A stretch of 62,804 bases of DNA, the filler included, from Jimgerdemannia flammicorona (taxonomy: Eukaryota): NCBI GenBank assembly GCA_003990765.1. It is 3 parts of 3 records of this genome, joined end to end, with 100 filler letters (N's around TTAATTAATTAA, not from the genome) between each part and the next. Parts side by side here need not be neighbours in the genome. Positions count along the whole stretch, not along the records: positions 1 to 20,874 come from RBNJ01001575.1; 2 more parts are not named here. One strand, 5' to 3'. Below the pieces are notes generated by a model that had not been told where the DNA came from, did not search any database, and worked only from the letters and a program-made list of their open reading frames with translations. A program made the translations under genes and the position numbers. Below are positions 1-12,768 of this stretch, piece after piece (the first letter of the stretch is position 1; every line of letters begins with the position of its first letter).

Positions 1-329
1 TTTTTTTGGAAAATTCTGACCATAAAGCGAGCGTTAACGATATTGATCAGGGTTGCCCATTTTTGTTTAAGGTTTCTTCACTTACATATTTATATGTAAG
101 TAAACAACAAATTCGGCTACGACACGAGGCGAAATAAAGAGCAGAAATTCCAGGGGAGCGGAGAGCAAAATCGCTTCCGCACCGATAAACACCAGCCACC
201 AATTTCCGTTTGCCAATCAAGAGTAGTAACGGGGACGACAAATAACACCGACAAGCTCCCGGTGTACCACCAGCGCACGGTGTACCGACCAGCGCTCGGT
301 GTGGATATGGCCGGCCTCTGTAGAAAGTG

Positions 330-1500
330 GAAAACACGTAGATTTCAAACCGCATTTTGTTATTGGCCGGATTATGTACGCGATTATGGCCCTTTTTTTT
401 TTTTTTCTTTTTTTACTATCCACATCACGCGTCCTACTCCTAAGCGTTATTCCCGACAACACCGTCGACGTCAAAACTGGGGTAGATCCCCCCATCATAT
501 ATTCTACAGGCGCCGATAGATGACACGATCATAAACACGCGTGTGTCGCATTCAAAACGCGGCGCAAATATCTCTAATGTATTCCACTGGGTAAACACAA
601 ACTCGGAAAACTTTGACCCGACCTCCGCCAGCCAGCCAACAAGGAATCGTCGTGGCACCAATGTGCAACAGCCCGTCATTTTTGAGGAAAACTACCTGGC
701 TCGCAAAAAAAATAAAATGACCACGTGCTTCGCACTGGTTTAGATTCAAAACCGGAGGTAAAACACGCAGAAGACGCAGACGGTGCGGAACGACCTGAGC
801 GATGGAGTCCTCTCATGCAGTCCGCTGAGTTCCGATAGCAAGAGGTCCATTGCCATTCGTTAGGATAAGTTGGACATGAGCGTGAATGGAGGAAAGAGGC
901 GGGGTGTTGCTCACAAGCTGGTGTGCCTGTGTTTTGTTGTGAGTAATCTTGCCTTTAGCAGCTGCATCACTCAAGTTCAAGTTAGCCTTTTCTCGCGCTT
1001 GTCTCCGGTTATCTCCGCCACAAGTCAGGTTCTCCGCCATCCAAACCGCAGCTTCGGAAAGCTCGAATTCGGACGACAAGAACCATGAGTCTGACGTGTG
1101 CGCCCTTGCTCCCGCAAGATTTTTCAGAAGGCTTGCTGTGTTGTTAGGCGATTTTGATAGTTGCCAGTACGGAATGTGGACGAATCCTGGAGTGTTCGCG
1201 ACGTCAGAGCCATTGGCGCAACAATGTTGGGAGAAATGCCGAGGTGTTTACGTCATCGACCTCGATAATGGAAGTATATCGCAGGCATCATCGTCCTTAA
1301 TCAACTGAGACTAACACAGCTGGGTCGGCAAAAATCCTGCTCCTCGAACTCTTTCAACGGCATGTCCACATCCGTCATTGCCATGCCGGCCTGCTCATCG
1401 TTTCCCAACACGGTCAAGCCTAAATCCGATTTCATTGAAGAGTCATTCAAGGTTACTGACGCCTTGGTTTTTCGAACATCTGCTTGACCGGCAATTAGCA
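330..1500 (-). pseudogene. Decayed gene relic, copy A (family uncertain, possibly F-box/LRR-like)
   Basis: The reverse complement matches 1981-2320 and 2638-3270. Peptides ASVTLNDSSMKSDLGLTVLG and WNTLEIFAPRF..VFMIV match copy C, with several synonymous differences. Many stops and frameshifts. Confidence 0.55.
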
Positions 1501-1974
1501 TTTCGACGTTCTCCTTAATACCCGGATTCCTAGAGCTATCTAGAACCTATTTCGGATAATTACTATGTTCCACGGGTTACATTGTTTCTCCTTCCTTGGC
1601 AAGTTTGATTTGGTCGTGCTTACAGCCTCGGCGCCCTCAAAGTCGTCGGCGCACTCAATGGCGTTTGCGGTTTCAGTGAATATGACTTATCGCTCATGAT
1701 CACGTCCAATTTACCGTCACGAAAAGGGTGTTGTTGCAATGTGAACCCAGAAAACTGTGAGAGAGGATGCCACGGCTCATATCTTTACGCACAATTTGCG
1801 TCTTTTTCTGCGCCTCCTGTCCTGAAACAAAATCGTCACGGTGCCCGTGAACATTTTCAGTTTTCGGCGAGCCATTCATTTGCGCTTTAGTCCAGCAAGT
1901 GGTTTTCATTAGAGGCCGTCTCAAGGATAGCGAGTTCTTGCGATTGTACGACGTCGACGCGTTTTAGGCTTCCT

Positions 1975-2360
1975 CTCGGTGGTCGGGTCAAAGTTTTACA
2001 ATTTCGTGTTTACCCAGTATTATTGATACCGCCATTTGACCACGACAAATGCCTCTTTATGATCGTGTCGTTTGTCCCTGTTGTTGACGCAGCGCTTTGA
2101 CCTGGGAGACGATAATTAGGTTTCTGACTTTGAGGAATATATGATAATGGGATCTACGCCTGTCTTGACGCCGACGGAGATGGGTTTGTGTTGTAATGTT
2201 GCCATTTAAAAGTTGAAAACGAGGCGTTTTTGATGTCTGAAAGTTTTCGGCAATAACTTTTAATATATAGCGTGTGACGTGGAGAGAAATGTGTGAGTGA
2301 AGGACGCGTGATGTGGCGAGAAATGTATAAGAGCAGGACGTGCGATGTGAAGAGTAAAAA
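1975..2360 (+). pseudogene. Decayed gene relic, copy B (3' part)
   Basis: ggtcgggtcaaagtttt..gtttacccagt (1981) is the reverse complement of ~586-623. gaatatatgat..gatctac..ttgacgccgacgg (~2135-2177) is the reverse complement of ~461-504. Confidence 0.5.
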
Positions 2361-2439
2361 AAAATAAAAAGGGTCCAAATCGCTCATGCCATCCAGCCAA
2401 CCACAAATCCCGGTTTGAAGGCATTGCGAATCTCAAAAA

Positions 2440-3400
2440 TTGAATGTTATTAACAATTGTTACAATTGGCAAACCTTGATGGCGTGTAGAACCTTACGAC
2501 ATGCGGTTGTGGCTTGGATCATGCGACGTTGCGGATGTTCACTGGTCACAAACGACAACATCAGGAGCATAACACTGGCCATGCTCTCGACGACAAAAAG
2601 CTGTCACTGCATGTGGTTGTGGAATCAAGCAATAATTGGCGTCAATAACCCTAAATGACTCTTCCGTGGAAGCGAATTTGGGCTTGACTGTGATTGGAAA
2701 GTCGGCACGGCGGCGATGGATGTTGAAAAACTGGGATTTTTCGGACCATGCCGCCGAGCCAGCCTCAGGGGCGATGATACCTGCGACATACGGTTTGGAG
2801 CTGACTTTAAAATCGTGGCCGACGCCGAAAACACCTCAGAATTTTCTTTGCTGTAAAGGTCCTGACGTCGCGGGCGCGACTGATACGTCTAGCCAGTAGG
2901 GTCAAAGGGTGGAATACATTAGAGATGTTTGTGCGGCATTTTGACCGCGACAAAGTGTTTATGGTCGTGCAGTTTGTCGTGTTTGTCGACGCGGCTTTGA
3001 GAGCGCGCTTTGACCTGGGGGATGATTGTTAGGCATCTGACTTTGAGGATCATATGGTGGAGGGACCTGCGCCTGGCTTGACGCCGACGGAGTGGTTTGG
3101 TAATGGGGATGTCTTAGAATTTTTAACAAATAATGTTTAGGAGGAAAGGCGAGGACGCGTGTGATGTCTAGAGTCATGTTCAGGAGAAAAGTGGAGGAGG
3201 ACGCGTGATGAGTATTACAAATATATAAATGGCGTACGCAATCCGGGCAATCACAAAGCCAGGAAAATTGGACCTGCGGAAGCGACTAGCTTATGGTTGG
3301 CGTAATGTATATATGTGTTTTGGGATTGATATGGTAGCGCGAAGGTCATTAGAAATCGCTCTATGGATGTCGGACGGTTCCTCAAACCCCTTTCATTGGC
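2440..3400 (+). pseudogene. Decayed gene relic, copy C
   Basis: Encodes ASITLNDSSVEANLGLTVIG, WNTLEMFVRHFDRDKVFMVV and AYAIRAITK, all homologous to copy A. Interrupted by stops and deletions. Confidence 0.55.
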
Positions 3401-4055
3401 TTACACGTCAATAAACGATGTATTGTGAACACCACCGAAATCTCCGTCCCGTTGTTTGGTGGACTGGTATCGTCTGAACTAGCAGACATAGTATAATAGT
3501 AATGGCTAGTTTCATTCCTCTCGGCCCGATTTGTTTCTATAAATAAAAAAAGGAAATTTTTAATGCGACATTAATCTTTCGATAAATTTAGATTGTGAGT
3601 ACTTTCATCCCTTAAAGGAGTACTACTATCAGAAGGCTAGAGAGATTTTGCTTAACAAGAATCACTGGCTTAAGTTTCTAACAGTGTAAACGACAATCCG
3701 AGATTCTTTTCAATCCCGGACGTGCTTTAAATACGCACCACCAGACCTTTTGATAAACCGCCCATCTCTTACACTGTCTGTCCGCATATATTCTAGAAGA
3801 CAATCTCCCTAGCGAAGCGCATCGATTTTGTTGACTAAATAACATCGTCGTCTCGGAACCCATCCGAACATATCGCAAACAAATATAAAATAGCTGGACA
3901 GAAAAAATCGTACGTAAAAAATGGAACCTCGTTGCATTACCATTTTATAAACAAATAATGTGCAACAATTCTCACACCATAAAATTCCGACCGATTCTCT
4001 CAAAGCCTCAACAGAAGTTCCTATCCTCTTCCTCCACGACATCAGTTCGTGTCGT

Positions 4056-4520
4056 ATGCCTCCTTGTCTCCAAAGGTGTGACTTCCGCCTATATCCTATT
4101 TCCGCAGAAGAGAATATGGGTTTCATTCAGGACCATATCAATTCGAAGCCTTGTGACATCAAAATGCCGAACAGCGGCTCAGATAGTGGACATACTCCCG
4201 ACTGCGCGGATATCCTTCCAACTGGGGTATTGGACCGAGGCTTGCAGAGTGTCTTTACTTCCATACTGCTTGGTTCCACCTCGGAAGCCTGTGGCGCGAA
4301 TTTCACCGAACAGTCACACACCTGGCCGATTCCGTACAAGGAATGTCCAGACTGTTTGAAGAAGAAGAGGCGTTGTCGCCTTCATGTTACCGGCAGGATC
4401 ACAAAACGGAACTCTCCTGGAAATCGGTGCTTCGAATGCATAAAAGACAAGAAAGGATGTCGAGGAATACCCTGCACACGTTGTAAACACCTCGGTAAGA
4501 CTTGTCATATGAAGAAGTAA
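4056..4520 (+). CDS. Small protein with C-terminal Zn(II)2Cys6 binuclear cluster preceded by a half-cluster
   Basis: Open frame from ATG 4056 (in frame with the ORF at 3960). Contains CPDCLKKKRRC, then CFECIKDKKGCRGIPCTRCKHLGKTC. A paralog lies at 59235-59700. Confidence 0.65.
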   Translation: MPPCLQRCDFRLYPISAEENMGFIQDHINSKPCDIKMPNSGSDSGHTPDCADILPTGVLDRGLQSVFTSILLGSTSEACGANFTEQSHTWPIPYKECPDCLKKKRRCRLHVTGRITKRNSPGNRCFECIKDKKGCRGIPCTRCKHLGKTCHMKK

Positions 4521-5028
4521 GACAAACCTTGATCTTAAACATATTGACTTCGCCATCAATCTTCTACGGACCCGCTATATTGAAGAAAACTATGATTATT
4601 TTATATGTATCAATTTATATGATTTAATACAAAAAAATGAAATGTACAAATTAGGAGGCAAAACATGCCAACTTTATGCATATGTAATATATAAGATGAA
4701 TTTATAGTTCTTAAGCTTATATGCCCTAAGACTAAAAATATATATAAATTTATATAAGAAAGCTCTATGCAGATTCTTCTATGACCTGACATTATAAAAA
4801 TCGCAGGGAAATCTGGCTGACCTGGATATATGAAAGAACCCTGGAAAGGATAGCGCGTTAAAGACCCATCGTGACTTCTTAATTAGTTCGTCCCCTTTCA
4901 TAATACTCAGACATTCGTATTTCAACACTTCACCTCTCTTGTACATTCCCTTTCGCCTGATTTTTTTTCACTCCAAATGCTTAGCTGTTACTTCACCTAT
5001 TTCTTATCCTCCCACCTCCCTTTGGTAT

Positions 5029-5482
5029 TGTTAGGTACTTATTGAACTGAGCAATGCAAAGTATTCAAGATAGACTTTCTATAGCAAATTAATTAGTATA
5101 AAGGAACGTTAGTTGGTATTAGAGTCATGAGAAGGATTTAATCTGGTGTAACAAGTGAACATTATAGTATAGCCAGATGACATATAAACCAAACAGTTAG
5201 TTTAGTTACTAAGCATAGTTATTCCTTACACCACTCACTATATAAATAGCCTGATATACTAGATTAGGATAAAAACTGTTTCTACCTGAGAACATATTTC
5301 CATCTAAGAATACTATTTCTACCTGGAAATACTGCTCTATCTGGGAACAGTAGGTCATATCTTCCTAAACTAGTTTTACTATATAATCTATAATTACCCA
5401 GATATTAATTAGTTAGCAATCATAACTATATAAAATATTTTAGTAATAAGAGTGAACAAACCTCAATCTAATATTTGTAATA
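5029..5482 (+). repeat. Possible decayed LTR
   Basis: Starts TGTTA and ends TGTAATA (TAACA after CA>TA decay). TATAAATA at ~5241. Lies upstream of a decayed Ty3-like internal region. No partner LTR recognised. Confidence 0.3.
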
Positions 5483-5850
5483 TAAACAAGAGAACTTGAT
5501 ATTTAATTTCCACTCTGGTCTAATTTCTGATACAAAGAAGAGAAAATCTAATTTGATATACTTACTAGACTAAGATAGAAGAATTTGAGAAATTCTACTA
5601 TATTTTAAGTCTACTTATTAGATAAAGTCTAAAAGAACTCAGCTGCTATCTGAGATATCTGCCAGATTCTCTTGAAATCTATACAAAACTGATTTAATTG
5701 ATATATCTTCACAGTGAACTTGTTATACAAATGAAGTAATTATCTGATACAACTTTACCAAGTTAAGAGAGAAATCTATATCTATTTTAAATAATCAGCT
5801 ACTTTAAGAAAATCTGCTAAATTGTCTATAAATAAGAATCTATCTCACTA

Positions 5851-6033
5851 TTACTATCTGATGGATAGTATTTATGAGCAGAGTGATGAGAGAGTTAGGG
5901 TTATGTATGAGTAATCTAGTAGTGTTCTGATATAAAGGGATTGGAGGAGGAATCCCTTAGGAAAATTGAGTAGATAATAGAGTTGTTATATATTATATTG
6001 ATAGAGTGGTTTGGTAATAAAGTATAACAGTCT

Positions 6034-6066
<33 letters not shown>
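5851..6066 (+). mobile_element. 5'-truncated L1-clade LINE 3' end with poly(A) tail
   Basis: Decayed homolog of the LINE 3' end, with AATAAA and poly(A) at ~6027-6066. TSD ctatctcacta at 5840-5850 and 6067-6077. Confidence 0.75.
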
Positions 6067-6068
<2 letters not shown>

Positions 6069-6504
6069 ATCTCACTAAGGTGATTATAAAATCACTATAT
6101 TATACAAATTTATATTATTCAAGAAGTCTGCCAAAATTTCTATATTATACAAAACTGTGCTTAATAAGAAAATCATCAAAATCAATTATATTTATAAATC
6201 AGAAAACTTATACTTTAAAAACAACTGAACATTTTGTTACTTTTTGATAAAATAACTGAGAACTTAAGCCAATCTATATAGCAGGCTCAATCTTGTGATT
6301 TATCTCTATTGAGTTAGTATATTATATTTGGAGGCTCAACTGAGAAGATTTTCTTTAAAATCTATATGACTTTTCAGCTCACAAATCTAATAGCTAAACT
6401 AGATACATTTGATATAGCTTGAATCTCTACTATTATAAAAGAATATATTATTATCAGTATTTAGACAAAAAGAGAAGTAATCACTTCAAGACTTGCTAAC
6501 TATA

Positions 6505-6843
6505 TAGTACTCTCAAATTAATTAAATCAAATTCAGAATCACTCAAATTGAATTTAAATCAAATCAAAGTTCCAATTTGAACCCTATTTTTAGAAATATA
6601 ATAATTCAATAAAAATATATCCAAATTTAATAATATTTAGTTTGTTAGATTCACTTTATATAGGGGAATCTAATAAGCTAAAGACTGATAAATTTGTACA
6701 TATATTTGTCAAGTTATTATATTTTGAAAAATTAGATTCAAATTGAATTTTAAATTGAATTAGCATTTGATTTGATTTCAATTATTTTGAATCAAATCAA
6801 ATTTGGGTTAAATTTAATTTAATTCAATTCATTGGGAGTTCTA
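6505..6843. mobile_element. MITE-like element with imperfect TIRs
   Basis: Left end TAGTACTCTCAA..TTAATTAAATCAAATT versus right end (reverse complement) TAGAACTCCCAATGAATTGAATTAAATT. AT-rich non-coding body. A similar end occurs at 50940. Confidence 0.5.
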
Positions 6844-6899
6844 ATAAGAAAGATCCCAACCAGAGACTAGTATAATACAGAATTCTCAACTAGTACTAG

Positions 6900-7211
6900 A
6901 CCTATTACTAAGAGAATAGCTTATAAATATTCCTAAAATACAAATAGATTTACTATCAAAAGATGATCCAGCCAGATCAACCAGATAATACAGAAGGCCT
7001 TATTAGAAATTTTGACAAGTTTGTATAAAAACTTGAAGATCACATTGTCTGATTTCTATTTTCTATAGAAGTACTATTATTATCACTACTTTTTAGACCA
7101 GAAGATCCTCTCAGCCCAGCATCTTTAAGAATATCAAGAAGAATTCCAGTACTCTAAAGAGCAAATATATGCTCTTCAACCCCCAGTAGCTCAACCAGAC
7201 TTAGAAGACAA

Positions 7212-7244
<33 letters not shown>

Positions 7245-10200
7245 TGTTATAGCCACTTGGACTTCTACTTTTATTCCAATTACCATCCAATCTATATTAT
7301 ATAAATACAGAGAACAAGCCCTCATATAGACCCTATTTTCCCCCACCCTCTCTACCTCTCCAGAGAGTCACCAACTCCCCAGTGACTCCAACCTTCTTTC
7401 TACTCTTCTTACAAATATGTTTTACAAGTTTCCTATAGATTCTCCCTCTGTCTCCACCCTCACCACCAATATTTCAAGATGTTCAGCAGTAGCTACTCCA
7501 ATTATACAACTCTCACCCCAACTGCCAATTGTTGACTATTCTCAAATACATAGAGCCAATGTCTGGCAAGCCCAACCCAAACAGTCAGAGTCCACCCAAA
7601 AGTCAACTACTTATCTCCAACTCCTTCCACTAACCTATGCCAGAGTTCACCCCACCTCTCACTCTCTCCTCTCCTCAAAGGTTACAACCCCAGCTAGTTC
7701 TCAATAGCTCTCCAGAAATCCCCAGAACCTCACACTCTCCAAGCCAATGCTCAGAGGTCTGTATTATAACTCCCTCTTATCCAATATTCAGATACTCCTC
7801 ATACTCCAAATCACCCCCTTCTACTAAGTATCCTGACCAATAGTTCAGCATTATATTACACCTCAGTATCCACCACCATATCACCCAGAACTTGGGAGAG
7901 AGCTATCTCACCACCTGCTTATACTAAGACCAGATACCATTCTAGTCCCACTCCTCACTAATCCCTACTCTCTGCTATATCTCTGGCCACAAATCCCTCT
8001 TATACTCCTATAGATATTCTATGTCATCTTCCAGCTGAAAACCCTCCACCAGTATACCTCCTAACAGTAGGCAGTTCTATCTCTATATCTGCAGTCCCCA
8101 CTCCTTCTCCCTCTCATCCCCCCTCTACCAGAGACCAATGTAGTGGACACCATCCACCACTCCCCACTAAAATCCTCTATAGCATATCTTCAGACTTCTC
8201 TTGAGAGCTATCAGAGAGAGTAGGTCATCAGTCATGTCTCAGGGGAAGCACCAAACTTCCCACACCTCTGCATAAGGAACACCCACTCTTGTCTCTACAA
8301 TTCACTAATTCACTTTAGCCACTATACCCTCAAGCAGTGCAGATGCTTAGTGAAGTCCACCAGGCCCAGCCCACCTCTGTTTACAGGCAATGTCAATATC
8401 TCCCAGCTGGTCTGGCTCTGCCACTCTGCCCAAATCTATGATCTGTTTATCTTCAACAGTCTCTTGACCACTCATGTCAGAAAGTCCAAGTAATATCCAA
8501 TATATCATAGCTTTGGCAGCCAGACAAATTACTATTTTTAAAGTAAAGTTACGAGAGCCTACTAAAGAAATCTTTACCAAAGTATCAAATGATCTAAACT
8601 CTGATCTTAGACAAGCTATAACTACAGCATTCTATTAAGAAGATCAGTATGAAGCTATGTCTCACTAGTGGAATAGATACTTATTACAAAGCTCAAGTAT
8701 CTATTATAAGTATAAAGATAAATATTAGAGAATCTCTATGAGTATTCTTCATAAAGATATAGAAGAGAATGTATGCTACTAGATTCAGTACTACAAACTA
8801 AAATATTATTAGTCTAATGACTTTTATAGATAATATCTCTCTCAATATTACTTAGTATATCTATATTCTAAGTATTTAAAAGTCTGATGAATAAGTAGAT
8901 ATAGTCTAAGAATACTTTAATATAAAGTAAGGAACTAGTTAGAATAACAATAAGAAAGAAGACAAAGAGGACCTCTTGGTCAAGAGTTTCTTAGAAATTC
9001 TCTAAGAAAACTTAAGAAAAAAGAAGCCTACAAAAGAATAGAAGAAGAATAAGAATAAAATTCAAGATTTTAACTCTAAACTAGACTAATTGGTTGGATA
9101 AATAAAAAAAATCTCACTAAATATAAAAATTAGAGTTATATATCTTGAGATAATAGAGATTATATATTATAAAGAAATCAGAACTATCTACCTAGAGACA
9201 ACAGAAGCTTTCAGCTATAAGAAGAAAAAAGATACCCACTTTGAGATAGAGCTTAAGTTTAATGCTTCTACTATAGATAGTTTGGACACTATGCTACAGA
9301 ATATGATAATTGAAGAAGTTACTGAAGAAACTCAGAACTACTAAATTAAAAGAATGAAATCCATTATAAGAATACAGACCCCTACTCTATTAAAGACTTT
9401 GAGGAGAGTAATGGTAAATATTACAGTGATCTCGACTTATATCCAATAAAATTTATCTCTAAAAAAACAGTCTACTCTATTGAAAAGAGAAAAAGAGTAG
9501 TAGGAAGATCATCTAGAAGAGTAGACAGAAGAACAATCTAGGAGAAAGATAAAGAAGAAGAGAAAGGATATGTTGAAACATATCTCTGGTCTCTCTTATC
9601 TTTTGTATTAGAAATAAATAAACTACTATCTGAGAATAAAGAAATAGAGTAAGAAGAATAAGAGTCTATTATACTAAAACTTAAGAAAAAGTATACTCCA
9701 AAGACTATATCTCAAGATATCTATAATGAAGTCTGGTAAAAGATTTAAGAAGTCAAGATAGAAGTTCTAGTCCTGTAGTTTTTACAATTAATACCTGTTA
9801 GAGTTCAAAATAAACTACTGAGAACTACCAGGTCTAGTACTGGCAAAGTCTCAATTCTATAACAAAAACCTGTACCAACTCTATTCAAGCTATTAAAAGA
9901 CATATCAGTAGATGTCTGCATAGAGATATTGAAGAACAAAAGACAAAAATTCTCATTGATACAGAATTAGCTATCTGTATCATTATTAAAAGATTTTCTA
10001 GACACCCTTTAGTAGCCCATTGATAGACTATCTAACCTCAGCATTATAGTAGCAGATGGAGCCTGAACTCAGCCTCTAGGAGAAGTACAAAATATTATCA
10101 TCACTCTTAGACACATTCAGTTCTCTATTTCAAAAACTATTATTACTAAATCTGTTAATTATTGGCACCAACTAGATAAAGGAAATGAATGCAGTCATTG

Positions 10201-12350
10201 ATATTGCCAACAGGTGCTCAAATTCGAATACAGAGTAAAGAAGTACCAAATCAAAGTGATCAGCAATAAGTAGTTCAAGAAGGAGAAGATTACTATTTAG
10301 AAAGAATATATCAGCAGTAATGAATCTACTACAGAGAAAGAGGAAGAATCTGAAGATAAAAATGATTTCAGACTTTACTCACAAATCAATCTAGCAGATG
10401 ATAGGTCTGAAGATAATGTATATTCATAAGATACTATTTCTATCATGATTAGTACTATTGCAGGATAAGCCAAGGATATCCCATCTATCTCAAAAGACAC
10501 AAGAGCCCTGGACACTCTTTGAAGATTATTAGAATAAGGAACTCACTAGTACTATCTACTTTAAATGTAGAATAAAAAAGAAAAAATATAACTACTTAAA
10601 AAATATATTAATAACTGAAGCTACAGAAGTACAAGCAATCTAGAGGCAAGAAAAAACTAATGATAAAGTCTCTGAACCAGAAGAAATCTCTGAATTAATC
10701 TCCTAGAATGATACTTACTAGACACTATCAGAAGATGATGATCTCTAGAATATTAAAGAAGATCTAAACATAGTTACTATTATTCAATAATAAGAAATAT
10801 ATCAAGAGTCTTCTAGCTAGGAAGATGCTAGTATCAAATGTTCTTCTACTCTCCCTAAGACTACTGCTATCTACTATTTAATGAATTAGCAAGAAAAACA
10901 AAAATTCTCCAAACCATCATCTCTAGTAATTGTTATATAAATAACTAAATATTCAGAAATAACTATTATACTAGCAAAATGATCTTATAGAAGAGGCCAC
11001 TATATCTGTACAGAGATATAGCCCTTAGCTACTCTTCTCTATATCTATAACAGAAAGAGTTACTGATTCTCAAGATAGTGAGAGATTAATAAATAAAAAT
11101 AGTACTTCAAAGTAATAGAATACTAACTCTATAGAAAACATCCAAGCTGCTGAATCTTCTAGTATAAGAAGATATATCTCTATTAAGATATTATAGTATA
11201 CATACTAGAGGAGATGATAAAACTAAGATCTAAAAAGACTGAGCCAAGAAATCTATATAGAGGATTCTCAGAATCTCTAATATCAGATATATATATAACT
11301 TACTAAGGATAGATAAAGAATATCATCAACTCCATGAAAACCCTAGACCCTACAGAAAGAAGTAGAATTAACTATCTCTAAGATCCTTCTAATAGAGCCA
11401 GATGACTATATTATAATATTAGAGTATAGAGACTCACAACTACAGAAGTCTCAGCTTAAGGATAGTCTGCTCTCAGCAAGGATATTATATAGTATATCTT
11501 GCTATATCTGAATCCAGACCCCCAATGAAAGCTTATAAAGAAGATATTGGCTATAATTTTTGCAGTCTCTAAGATACAACTATTAGCTCTAGAAGTACAG
11601 TACTTCTTAGTAAAGAACTTACCAAACAGCTGTCCAAAGAAATATATATTCAACTGACCTCAAGATCTGAACTTGCAAAATAAGAGATCACTACAGAAGA
11701 AGAAACAATAGACTCTGGATATATAGGCAAAATCAAGATCATCCTGAAGATTAGTAGTACTGAACAGATTTAAATCTATAGGAGAGAGAAAGTCCCTCAG
11801 ATAGTCTTCATGAAAATAAAGATATTCTAACTTCAGAAAGTCTCTGAACTGATCCAAGGTAAAAGACAGACCAAAGAATTTAGAGGCTCAGATAAAAAGA
11901 AGATATACCATCTTCAGATCAATCTCTTTAAGAAGAATATACTCTAAAAAATATAGTACCAACTAGTCAAACTCCTCAAAATCCTCAATTTAGAATTAGA
12001 AGAACAGACTATCTTCAAAATCTTTACTAATTTATTTCAGTTATATAGACAGTCACTCTGTTTAAGTACTACCTTATCTGAAGAAGAGTTACTCTGACAA
12101 CTGACCATACTGTTCTCAAATGGCTATTCAACTATAAGAATCCTATCAGAATTCTTACTTACTGGATCCTGATCCTATAGAATTACAAAATTACTATCAT
12201 TCACAAAGCAGAGAAAGCTCACACCAATATTAATATACTTTTCTACTAATCTCAATAAACCAGAAGAAGGGTATACCAAGAAATTACATCCTAAGAAAGA
12301 TTTCATAACCATTAAAGTACAAAAATACCTCATCTGATAGGAATACCAGT
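6900..12350 (+). mobile_element. Heavily decayed Ty3/gypsy-like internal region (gag, aspartic protease, RNase H C-terminal remnant)
   Basis: Protease relic ILIDTE(DTG)..IIVADGA..PLGEV..IGTN at ~9950-10210. RNase H relic TDHTVLKWLF..WILIL..IIHKA at ~12095-12230. Interrupted by a LINE at 7221-8521. Confidence 0.7.
7221..8521 (-). mobile_element. 5'-truncated L1-clade LINE with (TAA)n tail
   Basis: Homologous to ~12700-14010. TSD agacaaatta(t/c)tatt at 7206-7220 and 8522-8536. Carries the family 3' hairpin. Confidence 0.8.
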
Positions 12351-12768
12351 GTAATAATTCTCTATATTTTATTTTTTTTTGCCAAATTATTATCTTTTTT
12401 CTTTATCATATTACTCAATAGAATATTCCAGAATAGCTTAGAATAGTATAGAGTTAGCTAGTCATTTACTAAGAACTTGTTTTCTAAATAGTTCTACTAA
12501 GATTTTATTGAATACTAATTAATTATTAGTAACTCTCTATAATGTTCTACTAAGTTCTGCTAAGCATAACTCATTACTCAGAATCTAGCTTAGTAATATT
12601 CTATCTGTTTCTTTTTCTTTCTATTTTTTATATATAAATACCCTCTCAAATACTTTAATAAAGATCAGTCTAGTTAGTTATTTTATTTTTATTTTTATTT
12701 TTTTTATAGTCACTCAGACTTAGCCATTTATTGCCAGTCTATATATAAATTTACATAACCTCCTCCCA

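Noticed and set aside
10940..11100. Possible dUTPase relic in the Ty3-like element
   Set aside because: Only a faint GVIDS-like resemblance after heavy decay, which is not supportable by eye.
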